This document shows, piece after piece, positions 25,101 through 37,182 of a DNA stretch of 64,000 nt. Made by a program: the position numbers and the translations under genes. How positions within the stretch are numbered: position 1 is the first letter of the stretch; each line of letters starts with the position of its first letter. The DNA comes from Amoebophrya sp. A120 (lineage: Eukaryota; Protista; Dinoflagellata). Below the pieces are notes generated by a model. It ran no database searches. It saw only the letters and a list, made by a program, of their open reading frames with translations, and had not been told where the DNA came from. The stretch covers positions 6,594,153-6,658,152 of the forward strand of contig CAJINV010000005.1 in the NCBI GenBank assembly GCA_905178155.1, written 5' to 3'.

Positions 25101-28100
25101 CCGATTCGTTCGCTTTCAGAGGTCTATCGCGGTAACACCGGCGAGTCGGAGGTTGTTGTTGTGCCAGCGGGAGGTGTTAGAAGTAGACACGACGTTGAAG
25201 AGAGAACCAGCTCCTCTAGAAGTGGGCGGGGAGACCATCGTCACCAGCGTGATGTTGATGAAAGTTCCGCGCCGGCGGGCCGACGAGAACAACTTTTGAA
25301 CAACCAGAGCTGCGCGACAAGTTCCTCAGCATTCGTTCCTGCTGATCAAACCCACCGATCGCGACCGTCGCATCTTCAATTAGCAGCGAGTACCTCGAGC
25401 GCGCAACAAGAAGGGGTACAAAAACCGAGCGCAGGAAGCAGGTCAGCGTCTGCGCAACGGCGGGGTCGGGGAGGTCTTGGGTCAAATAATGCAGAAGTCA
25501 CTGGTTCCACCTCTGCGAGCGGATTAGTGCAAGGACGACCGCAGGTGGCGCACAACCAAAACAGCGATGGAGGAGGTGCGCCGCCGCGAACACCAGCCTC
25601 TTCTTCCGAGGTCCGGAAAGTGAGCAAGGAGAAGGTTTCCCCCGAGCGCGCGGTGGAGATTGAGGAGGATTTGCGGAAATTTGTGGAAGAACTGAAGATC
25701 CTCGACGAAGAATTTCTTCTCGGCCGGACCGGAAGTTTCGGGCACATCAACCGGCAGCGCACCACGAACAGCAGCAGTACAAACGAGAACAGCAAGTCGC
25801 GGAGTAGTTCGAAAAACGCGATGAACACACACACGGTGGGAGTGCAGACGAGCGGGAACAACAGCTCTGCCACGTCGTCGCAGAGAAACCTGCAGCTGGG
25901 GAACATCATGCCGAATTATCACAGCCAGGCCCGCGAGTCCTTTAACTCCAACAAGTCCAGCTCTGGAGGTCCCCGCGAATCCTTCCACTCGAACAAATCA
26001 AGTTCGGGCGACAGTGCTATTTACGCGGTCGACCACCAGCAATTTGCGTCTGCCGTCGCGAATCGGCCGCAGGCGGCAACTCTTTTGGAGGAGGAGGACG
26101 AGTACCACAAAACGCAGCCCGCGACGAAAGTTAACCGGGTGAAACAAGTGTTAGAAGAGATGAAGCAGCGGAAGATTCAAATCAAGAAAACAGTGCGGAA
26201 TGTGAGGAATTCGCACGCCAAACTGCTGGAACCGAACTTGCCATTGCCGTGGACGAACCATAATCGAACGAGGTTCCTTTTAGACGGGCAGGAGCAACTA
26301 CACAAAAATGCAGGCGCAACCTATAATCCCAATTTTGACACCAATCCGACGCCCTGTAGCAGCCCGGTTTCTGGGGTGGTGTTAGAGGTCGGTGGCCAAC
26401 AGCATCAAATCGGCCTTAACGGGGAGCAACAACACAAAACCAGCAAGGTTTCCAGCGTGGATATCAATTCCTCAAACGAAGCTCAAATGTTGAGCAGCTC
26501 GGATGCTAGCAAGGAGAAGACAATCGTCCTTGTGCGGGACGATGGTCAACAGGAGGATACCAGGGCTGCAAATGGTGTCACTTCTCCTTCTGCTGCTGCC
26601 AGAAATGTCGACAGTGCAGCCTCTGTGCTAGGGATGGAGCAGGACGCGGTGGTCATGTTGCAGCATCAAAGCAAAGTGATAGAAAGTTCTTCCGAGACCA
26701 CGTTGGTCGGATTGCTCGAAACCGCGTCGAGTTGTGATGTTGACAATGCTGCACAATCATTTTCAATCCGGGGGAATAAAAATGGAACAACGACCTGTGA
26801 ACAACAACCGGCGCAAGAACGACCCTCCGATAATAGTACTAAAGCTGCGTCGGATAGTTTTAGAACCGCTGCCGGAAAAAATGAAAATCCATCCACTTTA
26901 ACAGTTGCTGGGGCCCCGCACCAAATGGAAGTAGACTCCGGGGCGATGTTGGTGACCATGGGCGGACAGAAAAATAAATCGGCGTTGTCAAGTGGACGGA
27001 ACAAGGGCAGCGACAAAGAGAAAAATATGTTCTCAACATCTACTTCCGAAATTAAATACGGAAAAAATACAAGGGACGACAAGAAGCATCAAGAAGCCCC
27101 TGGCCATGACACTTTTCAACAAGAACCTGATCACGCTGCCGGTGCTGTCACGCTCACGACAAAGTTGACAATGAACAACCAAAACCTCCTCCCTAGTAGT
27201 GACCGCCTCCCCGCCGTCCAGCAGCAGCAGCAGCAGCAGATTCCAGCACTAGGAGCAACATCGTCAAACGAGCAGCAGCAGGAGGATTTCTTTACGTCGG
27301 TGATGCAAAGATTGAAGAAACTTTCGAACCAACAACTGGAAGAGGAGCAACACGCGGAGATTTTGAAACGCGAGCTCGCGGCGGAGGAAGGCAGATGCGT
27401 GATTTTGCGGCCGCTGCCCGTGCAGTGGTTTGTCGCGGACATTTTAGAGTTTTTGAAGAAGGAATTCGTGAACTATGGCGGCGACAGTTGTAGTACTACT
27501 AGCATGAGAAATAGAAGTAGAACCTCCGAACAAGAAGAAGTGAAGGACCTGTTCGACCGGATCCGGGTTTTGGACTTCGCGGGGGAGTTATGAGAGTTCA
27601 CAACTCCCCCTCCCCCTCATTTGTATGGCATGCACAGCACTACAAACGCCACCACACGTGTATGCTGTGCATGACAATTTTATGCGCCGACTGTAGTGCT
27701 GTTTGGGCTTCCAGAATTTGTGATACAAACAGTGCTACAAGGCAGCAGCTGGATTTGGGATTTTGCATTACAAATGAGGGGGAGGGGGAGTTGTGCACTT
27801 TCATAGGAGTGTGTCGAAGACTCTTTAGAGCCGATCGTATCGACGGCAAGTCGGAAGGAGCAGTTTGGGATTGGAAATGCCGCGACTCAGGGTCATGTAG
27901 CTTCTTGCGCAGCAGGAGAACAAGTCGAGATGAATCTTCAAGCGGCCAGCGCGGCGATCGCTGTAAATAACCAGGAGGGCACTTCTGTAGGTGACGCAGC
28001 ACCGGCAGCTTTTCTAAACAGCCGAAACAGCAGCTCAAATCACCTCGTCGCACAGGACAGCGTAGAAAAACAACATGATCATCAAATCAACGCCAGCCAC

Positions 28101-31100
28101 AGCGCCAGTTGGGCCGAAGAACGGTCGGAGCTGCGTGAGGCAGAGGAAAATGACGTCACGCCCGAGTGCGGCAATAACGGCGAATCGGTCTCGAGGACCT
28201 CCCAACAACTACTAGCGGCTCATCTCGACTTGCAAAATTCACGGTCCACCCGGGAAAACTACTCCGAAACGAATGAAACGCAGTCGCAGTCGCTCTGCAT
28301 GAGTTCACTGTCTCTCTCCATGTCGAGCTATTTTGAAGATATTCCGGCCAGGTGGGCGTTAGTGGAGTGTGTCACCAGGGACATCGCTGAGAAACTGGTC
28401 TTTATGATCAAAAACCGAGGCGGCGGTGGTGGTGGTACTTCTAACACTAATCTTACCCATTCGTCAGTAGGAGCCGCGGCAGGAGGAACTTTGTCGCAAC
28501 AGAGCCTCCCGCAGCAAGTTGCTTCGAACAGTGCGATCACTACCTCGGGTTCCAAAAAAGATCCGACAGGTGGAACCACAGGTCGGGCGATCGAAGATAC
28601 GAAAATTGTTCCAAGTAGTAAAGACATAAGTAGAAGTTTCTCTCCCTCGGAACTTTCACACGAGAAGGGTGCTTCGAACTTTTACCGGACGTATAAGAAG
28701 CAGAGTAAGGAGAACTCCAATAACTGCAACGCGAACAATTCTATTGTTCGTGAAAACCACGACAACTGCGAAAACAACAGCAATTATAACAGCCGGAAAA
28801 ACAGCGGAGCGATCATGAATAATTCCACGACGGACAAGTTAAGTGGGTCGATGCTGGCTTTGCACTACCTTGACGCCAGTTTGGTGACGGAAGAGTGGCT
28901 TTGCGAACTGGGGTACGATACGAGTAATCAACGAGGGGAAAACGTCGACGCTGCAGAGGGGAGCTGTGGTGAAAACAGTCCTGGATCCCTTGCGAATGAT
29001 GCTCCACCACTCAAGGACAACAGCTTTGGGCAGAGCAAGCTGCTACACCAGGACTTGCACTCTGAAAAAGACCACCCGCTGCTTCCGCCCTTGAAAACCA
29101 TCAGCCAAGAGTCCTTGGCAGATTACATTCAGAGGCAATGGAGTGGCAGCACCAGCTTAACGGCGAGGGATAGTAGAACAAATCCGCAGCTAGTAGAACT
29201 GCAGGTTCTGCAAGATGAAGAAAACGAGGACGAAATTGTCTATCCTGCCAGAACGTCCTCGCGGGAATTGCAGACGAAGAGCACCGAAGTTCTGACGCAG
29301 CAAATATGTAAGACATCAGAACCAGAGCCAGTTCGTGGAACAGCAGGAATAAACGACGACGAGAACAATCCCAATGGTGAAGATCCGGCGCACAACAATT
29401 TCTGCACCCTCAACACCGATGACGAGTTGGAGTTGTCGGACGAAATAATCGAGATGTCGGTTCCAGCCGAGAAGACTGGTTCTCGTGACAACAAGAAGTT
29501 ATTCCTCACGCGGGATAATATTGATTCGAACCTGCTTGAACTGAACAACATCGACTTGTACATTTTGGACGACGACGACGACGAGGACGATTTCTCTGTG
29601 CAACACGCAAAGTCCGATCCCCTGCCAGAGTATAATAGCCGTCGACGTGGAGCAGGTGGTAAAGTGAGTGTTCCAGCGATGAATCATGATCCCCGTCGTC
29701 CTGACCGCTCCTGCATGGAGGAATTCGACATCGTGGAAACAGCGCACTCGGTGGAACTGTACAGCGTCAGACATGTGCAGTCCGATAAAGGACCCCGGCG
29801 TGCTGCTGGTGGCTCCTCTGCCTCGAAAAGCAAGAAGAAACGGAGACAGACACTACCACTGGGAGGGAACAACGAGGATCTGCCTGTTACAACGGTATAG
29901 TGGATTTTTTCTCTGTTGCTGCTTTACAGGGTTCGTTGTCGTTTCCAGAATGATCTATCATCTAGCACTTGAAGCACCGCGTGCATCACAAAATTTGTCA
30001 GCTGCATAGCGTGTAAGTAGTTCCAGCATGACAAAACACTGCCTCGAAATAAAATTCTATCAGGTGATGATCTCGAACCTGGATCGCTCGCTGAGAAACG
30101 AAGATCTGCTCCAGTTGCTGGAGAAGCATTACAAATTCCTCCCGGCGAAGCACTTCGATTTCCTTCATTTGCCGAAAGACTTCCAAACGAAACAGAATCT
30201 TGGGTATTGTTTATCCTGTGTAAAAACGTACCCACACCATAGTTGTCATGCTACTCTGCATGCTTAAAATGTTTCTCATGCGGAGCCCCATGAGAAGCAT
30301 TTTCTAATGCGGTTTGGAAATCTGTAATGCGCCAATCAGCATGAGATACTAGATCTGTAATGCTGCTTAGCTAGCTCAAACAGCACTACACTACGCGTCC
30401 AAATTTGTCATGCGAAACAGCCAAAGCTTATGGATTTGTCTAGCGGATTTCCCATCTTGACTCTGGTGTGGGGACATTTTTACTCAGGATATTGTTTTCT
30501 CAACTTCAAGCAACCAGAGTTCGCGGAGAAGATGCTTTGTATGCAGCAGGGGCATATGCATTGCAAATATGTCTGGGTCTGGAAGACTGCAACTTGTGAT
30601 GCGGGTTCTGGAACAGGCCCAAAATTTGTATTGCGTAGTCAGGAAAAGGTGCCCGATTTTTGTCTCCAGAAGGGGGCATTTGTCACGCGGAATAGGCATG
30701 GAGAAGCTGTCACAGAGTTTGTCATGCTCTGTGTGCATTCCAGACCTTTTTGTAGATGTAAAAAATGCATGACAAATGTCTGATTTCTTCCAGACCCAGA
30801 CATATTGACATTTGATAGGGCAGCAGCATTTCCACCACAGAAACAGCAGCGGTAGTCGCAGTTCTTCTAGTTCCGCTAATTTCCCCGTGATGAATAACAG
30901 CAATTTGAATTTCGTCGTGAAGAAAGCCGACCGACAGGGATTTGCGGCGAATGTCGAACTATCAAATGTAAAAATGTCTGGGTCTGGAAGAGTCATGCTG
31001 TTTTTGCATGACACAGAAGGGCTGGCATGGAAGCTCTAGCATCACAGGTTTCGAAAAGCTTCCGCAATGCCGAATCCGCATGGCAAGTCCCCCATTTTGG

Positions 31101-31767
31101 TGACAGAAAGCAGGCAGCTTTTGCTACCTATGCATGAGAGCTTTTTCTGTGTTCTGAAATACGCATCACAAGTTTGGAATCTTCCAGAGGACCCAGACAT
31201 TTTTACAGTTGATACGAACCGTGGCTGTTGGAGAAGAATTGGAAGGGGAAAAGAGTCTCCAATCCCTTCTTTCGATATCGTAAGAAAAAAGTGTTACAGT
31301 TACACACATAGTCTAAGTCTATGCAGACCAAGCAACAGAGACAAGCTCTGTCATGCGCAAACTGCTTTTACGCCTCAATTCATACGTGTTTTCCCTTATA
31401 GTCTGCGCACCACAGGTTTTCTGTGCCATGTCGAACAACTTTGTGATGCAGAGACTCCAGCAACAAATGTATAACTGTAACACTTTTTTCCTGTGATACT
31501 CGACCGGTCATTTTCAGTAGTTCCAACACGACCTCCAGGCGTTCTGGAGCTGGTCCATCTGAGGGGGCGGTTACTGATGATCTTGCGGGGGACGAAAGGA
31601 AACCGAGCCAGAGAAGTAGCGGTCAAGGTAGCAATCAAAGTTCTGGCGGTAGTTGTACTAGAAACGGTTCGGGTCATTTGAGTAGTTTCTCAGTCGCCCT
31701 GGAACTGAATGCGGAAAACGCGGCCCGGGTGATGCAGGAGCTACAGCAGTCCCAGTCGGGAAGATGA
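13139..31767 (+). CDS. Very large (~4,000 aa) low-complexity protein with C-terminal Mei2-like RRM
   Basis: Long ORFs 13139, 13742, 16287, 18115, 23466, 25161 and 27930 link in frame after intron removal. C-terminus reads TTVMISNL...FDFLHLPKDFQTKQNLGYCFLNF...ADRQG...FRPVIF, matching the Mei2 RRM3 pattern. Continuity needs two long direct-repeat-flanked inserts to be removed. Confidence 0.7.
13673..13889. mobile_element. Introner family D (TATGACAGTGCACAACTCCCCC)
   Basis: TIR; TSD TGGAA. Confidence 0.9.
14492..14650. repeat. Local tandem partial duplications of AGCTCTAGTACAACT(GGCCAGCCGCC)
   Basis: Five copies of AGCTCTAGTACAACT within 140 bp; the 53-bp unit 14492-14544 recurs at 15441-15493. 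Confidence 0.85.
14651..15440. mobile_element. Long TIR-type element fragment (TATCGAAAAGAAAAAGTTCGTCACAGTCAC end)
   Basis: First ~140 bp is the reverse complement of 20810-20932; no matching right end. Confidence 0.65.
15592..15857. mobile_element. Introner family A
   Basis: TIR; TSD AGCGG. Confidence 0.9.
15974..16270. mobile_element. Introner family E (TATTGAGAGGAAAAATC)
   Basis: TIR; TSD AAACG/GAGCG; frame restored (LLNGRQVV). Confidence 0.85.
18039..18301. mobile_element. Introner family A
   Basis: TIR; TSD CCTCG; empty site at ~36162. Confidence 0.93.
19360..19581. mobile_element. Introner family D-like (TATGAGAGTGCACATAGCTC)
   Basis: 20-bp perfect TIR; TSD TGAGG. Confidence 0.9.
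19662..19880. mobile_element. Introner family B
   Basis: TIR; TSD AGATT/GGATT. Confidence 0.85.
20086..20943. mobile_element. Long (~850 bp) TIR element flanked by 41-bp exon duplication
   Basis: GTCACAGTCACTAATTTTCATTTTTTGAAAAA at left and TTTTTCGAAAAATGAAAAATTGTGACTGTGAC at right; direct repeat 20047-20087 / 20944-20984. Confidence 0.75.
21016..21278. mobile_element. Introner family A
   Basis: TIR; TSD CTCTC; empty sites at ~18721 and ~36602. Confidence 0.92.
21342..22057. mobile_element. Introner family A with nested 444-bp insertion
   Basis: TIR; TSD AGAGC; internal 19-bp duplication 21462-21480 / 21925-21943. Confidence 0.85.
22380..22700. mobile_element. Introner family E
   Basis: TIR; TSD TACCA; empty site at ~23148. 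Confidence 0.9.
23166..23448. mobile_element. Introner family C
   Basis: TIR; TSD CGCAG/CCCAG; empty site at ~22714. Confidence 0.88.
24891..25080. mobile_element. Introner (TATGCATT..GCAAAAGTA type)
   Basis: Imperfect TIR; TSD ATAAC/ATCCC; frame restored. Confidence 0.75.
27589..27805. mobile_element. Introner family D
   Basis: TIR; TSD GGAGT. Confidence 0.9.
29895..30063 (+). other. Canonical GT-AG intron with introner-like internal motifs
   Basis: ACG|GTATAG...TATCAG|GTG restores TTVMI at the start of the RRM. Confidence 0.8.
30212..30491. mobile_element. Introner family C
   Basis: TIR; TSD TTGTT; splits RNP1 GYCFLNF. Confidence 0.92.
30555..30817. mobile_element. Introner family A
   Basis: TIR; TSD GGGCA. 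Confidence 0.9.
30960..31214. mobile_element. Introner family A
   Basis: TIR; TSD CGAAC. Confidence 0.9.
31276..31498. mobile_element. Introner family B
   Basis: TIR; TSD TTCGA/CTCGA. Confidence 0.88.
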
Positions 31768-33193
31768 TAACGCGGCCCGGAAAGTTGAGAAGTGTACATG
31801 GATGTTGAGTTGATTTCATGATCGACAACAATTTTTTTGTATTCGAATATCAATATGTAAGATGTTGAAAAGCTTTGTGCCACCAGCAGCCATTAGAGAC
31901 GGCAGGGCACCATATGACCACATTGATGTGTAGCGAGTAATTGCAAGCACAATTCGTATATAATGACCTCCGTTTTTCCTTGAATGATAATGATTAGAAC
32001 AAAAAACCGTTTTTACACTTTTTCAAATCTTCGCTGTTTAATTTGTCGCAACATCACTAGCAAAGTGAAAGTCGAAATTCGAGAAGGGAACCTCAACGCA
32101 GAAGCAGATTTTTTCGTAATTGACATGGTAATTTTGGTTTTTATCCACAGTAAAACAAAAACTTCTAAATACAACTAAGTAGCGGACCTCTAGCAACCGT
32201 TTCAAAACAAAGCGAAGTAGAGCTCTATACTATTGATTGGTTTGTTTCGTAGGAACATTTTGCGCATTCTTGGTTTCAATAGCTGTACTAAATTTTATTG
32301 AATGCGGCCTTTGCTACGGGGGCATAGAAATCATTCTAAACGACCTATTGCAAAAATGGGATATTAAAAGAGCATCAGTGTAGCCCCTGCTACTCGGAGG
32401 ATAAGATGAATAAGCCTTTCGGAAAAAAGGCAACCTCCAAGTCCAAAACCGTTGCATGAGTACCTAAGAATTTCCTCCATCTGCCTGAATACGCATCTCT
32501 ACTGAACTGAACAAAGAGAATCCGAGGCTTTTTAGTCTGTGTGTGTTTGTTAATACGGATACTAGTTGATGCTGTTGAACACTGGAATATTGAAACTACA
32601 CGAAAATAAAACTTGATTGACTCATGGATCGGGGACCACAGTAAACAATCTTGAAAGCGGCCGACGAGCTATACTTATATATACAGGATCAATTTTTTGC
32701 CCGCTTCATGCAACTGCTTGCGTGTCAAATACGAGTACGCTGCTGGACTTCGCGGAGTTGTTCTGCTGCGATGTTAGCGAAGTCGTCCAATCGTGTCGGT
32801 AAAAATGTTAAAAGGGTGCATGTTGTAGTCGTCCGTGACTGTCTATTCGCTGCAAGAGAGTTGCTTTTAGCGAAGAGGCGCAAAATTGCTCGGTTTGTAT
32901 CTATAAAGATGTTGCGATGTTGCGCGAGAACGAGAAGCGTAAGTCGCTTCTTAGCCGGGGGAAAATCGCCACTTGCAAACAAAAGTGTAGCTGTACAAAT
33001 CGCCACTTGCAAATCGCTTCATAGTCGTGGAAAATTCATGTGCTGCAAAGTCTGATCTACGTCGTTGATGATTCGTTGTCCACAGAAGAGGAAGAACGAA
33101 CACTGAAAACTGAAGACGCAATTTGAGAGTGAGAGGAGAAGACTAGATACTGTCGTGTGCAAGTTTCTACAGGAGCAAACTCCAACAACTACA

Positions 33194-36100
33194 ATGGCGC
33201 AGCAGCACCAGCTCCCGCACAGCCACCGGGCCGGGGATGTGGAGTACTTCAAATCTGCGCAGGGCATGACGGAACCGGAGAAATCTGTCACTGAGTTCCT
33301 TGCCATCGCGCACCTGGTGGAGCAGTCAGGCGATGGATCACAGATTTCCTTCAAGTTGAAGCAGGTGATGTTCATTACAAGAGCGCTTCCTTTTTTTGTC
33401 ATGCGTCATTTGTCCTCACATGCACTTGCATTTTTCGACCGAGAAACTTGTTTTTTTTTGTGTATGCATAAACAAAGTGAAAATTCATCATCCTAATTTT
33501 CACCAAACGTCACAGGCTATTTTGACCGACGACGAGGTGGCAGTCGCCACTTTGGCCAAGAACCCGTATGCATTGCAAAAGTAAATCGCACTGGCAGTAC
33601 AAATTGCATTTGCAAATTTTCTTAATAGCTGCAAGAATGGAGTTTATAATGCTGACGGACGTAAGGGTAAGCGGTGAGAGTGAGACTGCAATTTCTGCAA
33701 GTGCGATGCTTATCGTTTTGCAGAGGATAACCACTACCACAATGCGAAATCCGTAGTAGCGCTGTGTGTCGGGGTTGCGAGTAAAGCGGGGGAGGAAGTT
33801 TTGAAGGTTCTGTTGGAGAAAGTTGGAAAGGCGGAACCGCTGGACAAGGACGAGGTGTGCAAAAGCGTATTTGAGTTCGGAAAGGAAACGAAGACGGGAA
33901 GGGGAATACGGTACCAGGAGCCCGTCGTCATCACATCGAGTAGTCACTCCAAGCTGAATCGCTGCCCGGTGTCAATTGCCAAGCAGATGGACAACCGGCT
34001 AGCACTTCGGGTTTTGAAAAAATCCGCGAAATTCCGCGCCCCGGTGCACAATCACAGCTCCGCGGACGTGAAGAGATTTCGAGACGCCGAGACTATGCCG
34101 GAGCCGCGCAAAAGTTTAGAGCAGTTCCTGGCGGTAGCAGACATCTTAAAGGACGGGGGGAGCTCGGGCGCTCACTTGAAGGGCAGAATCAATTCAGCGT
34201 TGAAGCGGGCGATTCTGAAAAACGATTTGGCAGAAGTGAAGAAGGAAGACGTGGGCACTTCCTTCGTCGCCCTGTGCGTTGCGGCAGCGAGCAATTGTAG
34301 CAAGGAGGTGCTCGAGCATTTAGCTCGAAGATTCGGGCCACGAGCAAAAGGCGCAGACTTGGTCGAGCAGACGAAGGCTTTTAATCTCGAAGTGAACAAG
34401 CGCGTGCACATGTTCGGACTGGAGCTTGCCGGTGAGGAGCATACGACGACGAACCGGTACTACCACGGAGCAGAGTACTCCTTACTCGGCGCATGCCCAG
34501 TCGCAATTGCGATCCAAGCGGGGAATTACGCGGGGCTGGACTTGCTCTTGAAGAAGGGGTTTCCAATCGATCGCAAGCCGTATTACACGTCCGTCAGCTT
34601 CCAGCCCAGTCTGCTCCAGAAAGCGCTCTGCACAGCCGACAATGGGCAGCGTAAGTTGATGGAGGCCAAGGCGTCGGCGGTTACCATCGCGATCGAAGGC
34701 GGGGACCTGAACGCGCTGCAATTGATGCTAGACAACGGCGCGCTGGCGCGAGCGGATGTGGCGGAGCTCATCCTTGTCGCGATCAGAACCTCCGGCGCGA
34801 GAGTTTTGCGGTTTTTTTTGCAGCACAATTTCGCACGACGTCACGGCACTTTTCTCGATGCTGCTAACTTTTTCGACGCCGCGCTTCGGCGAAGCGAGTC
34901 CTCCAACCTGGAACGGCGTCAGGACCATCGAGTAGTTCTGTGGCCACAAGAACAAGCGGAGTGCTTCTTGTTGAGGCGCAAGAACATGTAGCAGGAGGCC
35001 GCGATGAAGCTAGTGGAAGTGCGAAAAACGACCACTGCACCTCCGTTTCGGAAGTACAACCTTCATCCGGGCCCACAACAGTCGCTGCTTCTGCCGCTAC
35101 TGGAACGAAAGACCAGGAGCCATCCGGAGTAGAGCAGCGCGGTGCAGAGGGAGTTCTCGGGGGACGAGAAAATGCTGATGCTCATGTGGGCCACGCTGTG
35201 AAGATTAACGAGATCGTCCACAAACCTGTCCTCGGCCACATCCAAAACGGGAATAAAAGAGACTACAGCCAACGCGAGCTCTTATTTCCCCCTGCAACTA
35301 CCAGCAGAGAGAGAGACGGCACGAACCAGAACGAAAACTCTACAAGTTCCAGGCCGACAACTCCTCACGTCGTCCCGCGCTTCCCCGAACGGCATTCCGA
35401 AGTGAACATGTACGTCGTGCAGCATAACTTCGACTTGGAGCGGCAGAAGTCAGATTCGGTTTCCAACCACTCGTCCCACCAGCACAACAGCTCGGCGGAC
35501 GGCATTGACTCGTTGTTAAACAGCTGTCCCGCCGAGTTGGAGAGCTCGCAGCAGAATTCCCCGGTGTTGTCCCGACAGGTGACCGCAAACACGTCCGGTG
35601 GCGGCAACAGCTCCCGGTCGGTCTCCCGGCAGTTAACCGCCAACAGCAACACAAGTTTTCCCCGGGCGTCGCTCGTGGCTGGGTGTACGATCGAAGACCA
35701 GGAGGGGGAGGAAGAAAATGTCGCTTTCAACCTACTTCCCACCCGCAGCGCAACTTCTCCTCGGGCAAAGGAAGGAACGGAACGGGAAGAACCACAGGGC
35801 GGGGGTATTGCAAGAAATGGAAACAGTTTTGTTGAAACTCAAAGTCAAACTACTAGTAGCGAAAGAACGTCGTCCGAAGTGGCCGCATGTAGTGCGACAA
35901 CCGATCACGTTTTATTTTCCGCTAATCGTGCAAGCAGCCGGTCGCGGCTAGGCGCAGCAGCAGCTCTTGCTGGGGAGACAATTCTACACCAGAATGGAGC
36001 TCCTGCAGCTAGTTCGTCTTTAGCGATCCCAGAGCACCGGGAGCAAGTCGAGCAGCACTACGGAGAGCAGCACTTAATGCAACACCGTCCGGCGGCGCAC

Positions 36101-37182
36101 CATTTCCACGGGAGTAATGGCTTAGTTTCGCAACATGGCGACTCGTTGTTGTACCACCACACCTCGCAACTCTCCAGCGGCCAGCAAACTTCAAACTCCC
36201 TGAATTGGCAGACCTCGGGGTTTCAAAGCACGTATGTCATCACCCGGGAGCAGTCGGATGTGACGGGGAATTCGAATTTGTCGGGGGATCAGGAGCAGAA
36301 TTTGAAAAATTGTAATGCGGACGAAGAAGAGGACAGCTACGAAAATTTTAAGGCCTTCGGTAATAGGTCTGATCTTGGCGCAGGAAGTTGTACGGAGCAG
36401 GGAGCTATTAACCCCGAGGTGCGAGAAAAAGCGAAGAATTATAACAACACCCTGGTAGAGGGAGGCAATGGTGGCTCTGTTCCTCGAGGTGGGATGAACA
36501 AGCATCATGAGCAACAAACGTCATCATCTTCATCACCACAGATTGCGAATTACAACACGACAGCAGCTGCTGCAAAAACTTCTACCTTTCACGGGACGGT
36601 ACTCTCTCCGGTGCTGCAAAGTAGAAGGACGACTGAAAGTTTGCTATCGACGCCGCGCTTCGGCGAAGCGAGTCCTCCTGCCTGTCGCTGCTGTTGCACC
36701 ACTTCGGCGGGAAGCTTCTCAACAGCTCCCACTTGCAAGCTTCTATTTTCACGCCGTGGGCGCAGAGTGCTGCGAGTCTGATCCTCAGCCACGGGTGCGA
36801 AAATTTGGTAAATCAGAAGCACAACTCCATGACCACGCTGATCGCCCTAGCTTACTACACCGAGACCCTCTGCATCAGCGACCAGAAGGCCACCGCCATT
36901 GCGAAGATTCTACTGGACTTCGGAGCGGATTTGACTGCTACCCGACTGGGGGAGACAGCCTTGGACTACGCAGTGAAATCCGGCAAAACGGAGCTTGCGT
37001 CTCTGCTAAGGATGGAGGAACTTGCGGCGAAATCCACCCGGGATGAGCTGGACAGATCTCTTGCTCTTGGCGGTGCAGGAGGGGCGTCAGCTGGATCGGG
37101 TTCGGGTGCTGCGGTCGGGAGCTCTGGGAGCGGATCGGGTGGGAGTGGGGGCACGGATCCGAAGCGGCGCCGGGTTGGGTAG
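33194..37182 (+). CDS. Ankyrin-repeat protein interrupted by a 1.74-kb insertion (possibly pseudogenised)
   Basis: Ankyrin-like motifs CPVAIAIQAGNYAGLDLLLKKG, SAVTIAIEGGDLNALQLMLDNGA and ILLDFGADLTATRLGETALDYAVKSGKTELASLL. GT-AG intron 33365-33515, introner 33567-33729. Frame restored by removing 34905-36678. Confidence 0.7.
33567..33729. mobile_element. Introner (TATGCATTGCAAAAGTA type)
   Basis: Imperfect TIR; TSD ACCCG/ACCAC; frame restored. Confidence 0.78.
34905..36646 (+). repeat. Diverged, introner-free copy of coding segment 16803-18768 inserted into the ankyrin gene with a 32-bp direct repeat
   Basis: ORF 34940 closely matches ORFs 16287/18115; TCGACGCCGCGCTTCGGCGAAGCGAGTCCTCC at 34873-34904 and 36647-36678. 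Confidence 0.9.

Noticed and set aside
34940-36781. 613-aa ORF as an independent gene
   Set aside because: It is an internal fragment of the upstream gene embedded in the ankyrin gene between 32-bp direct repeats, with no own ATG context.
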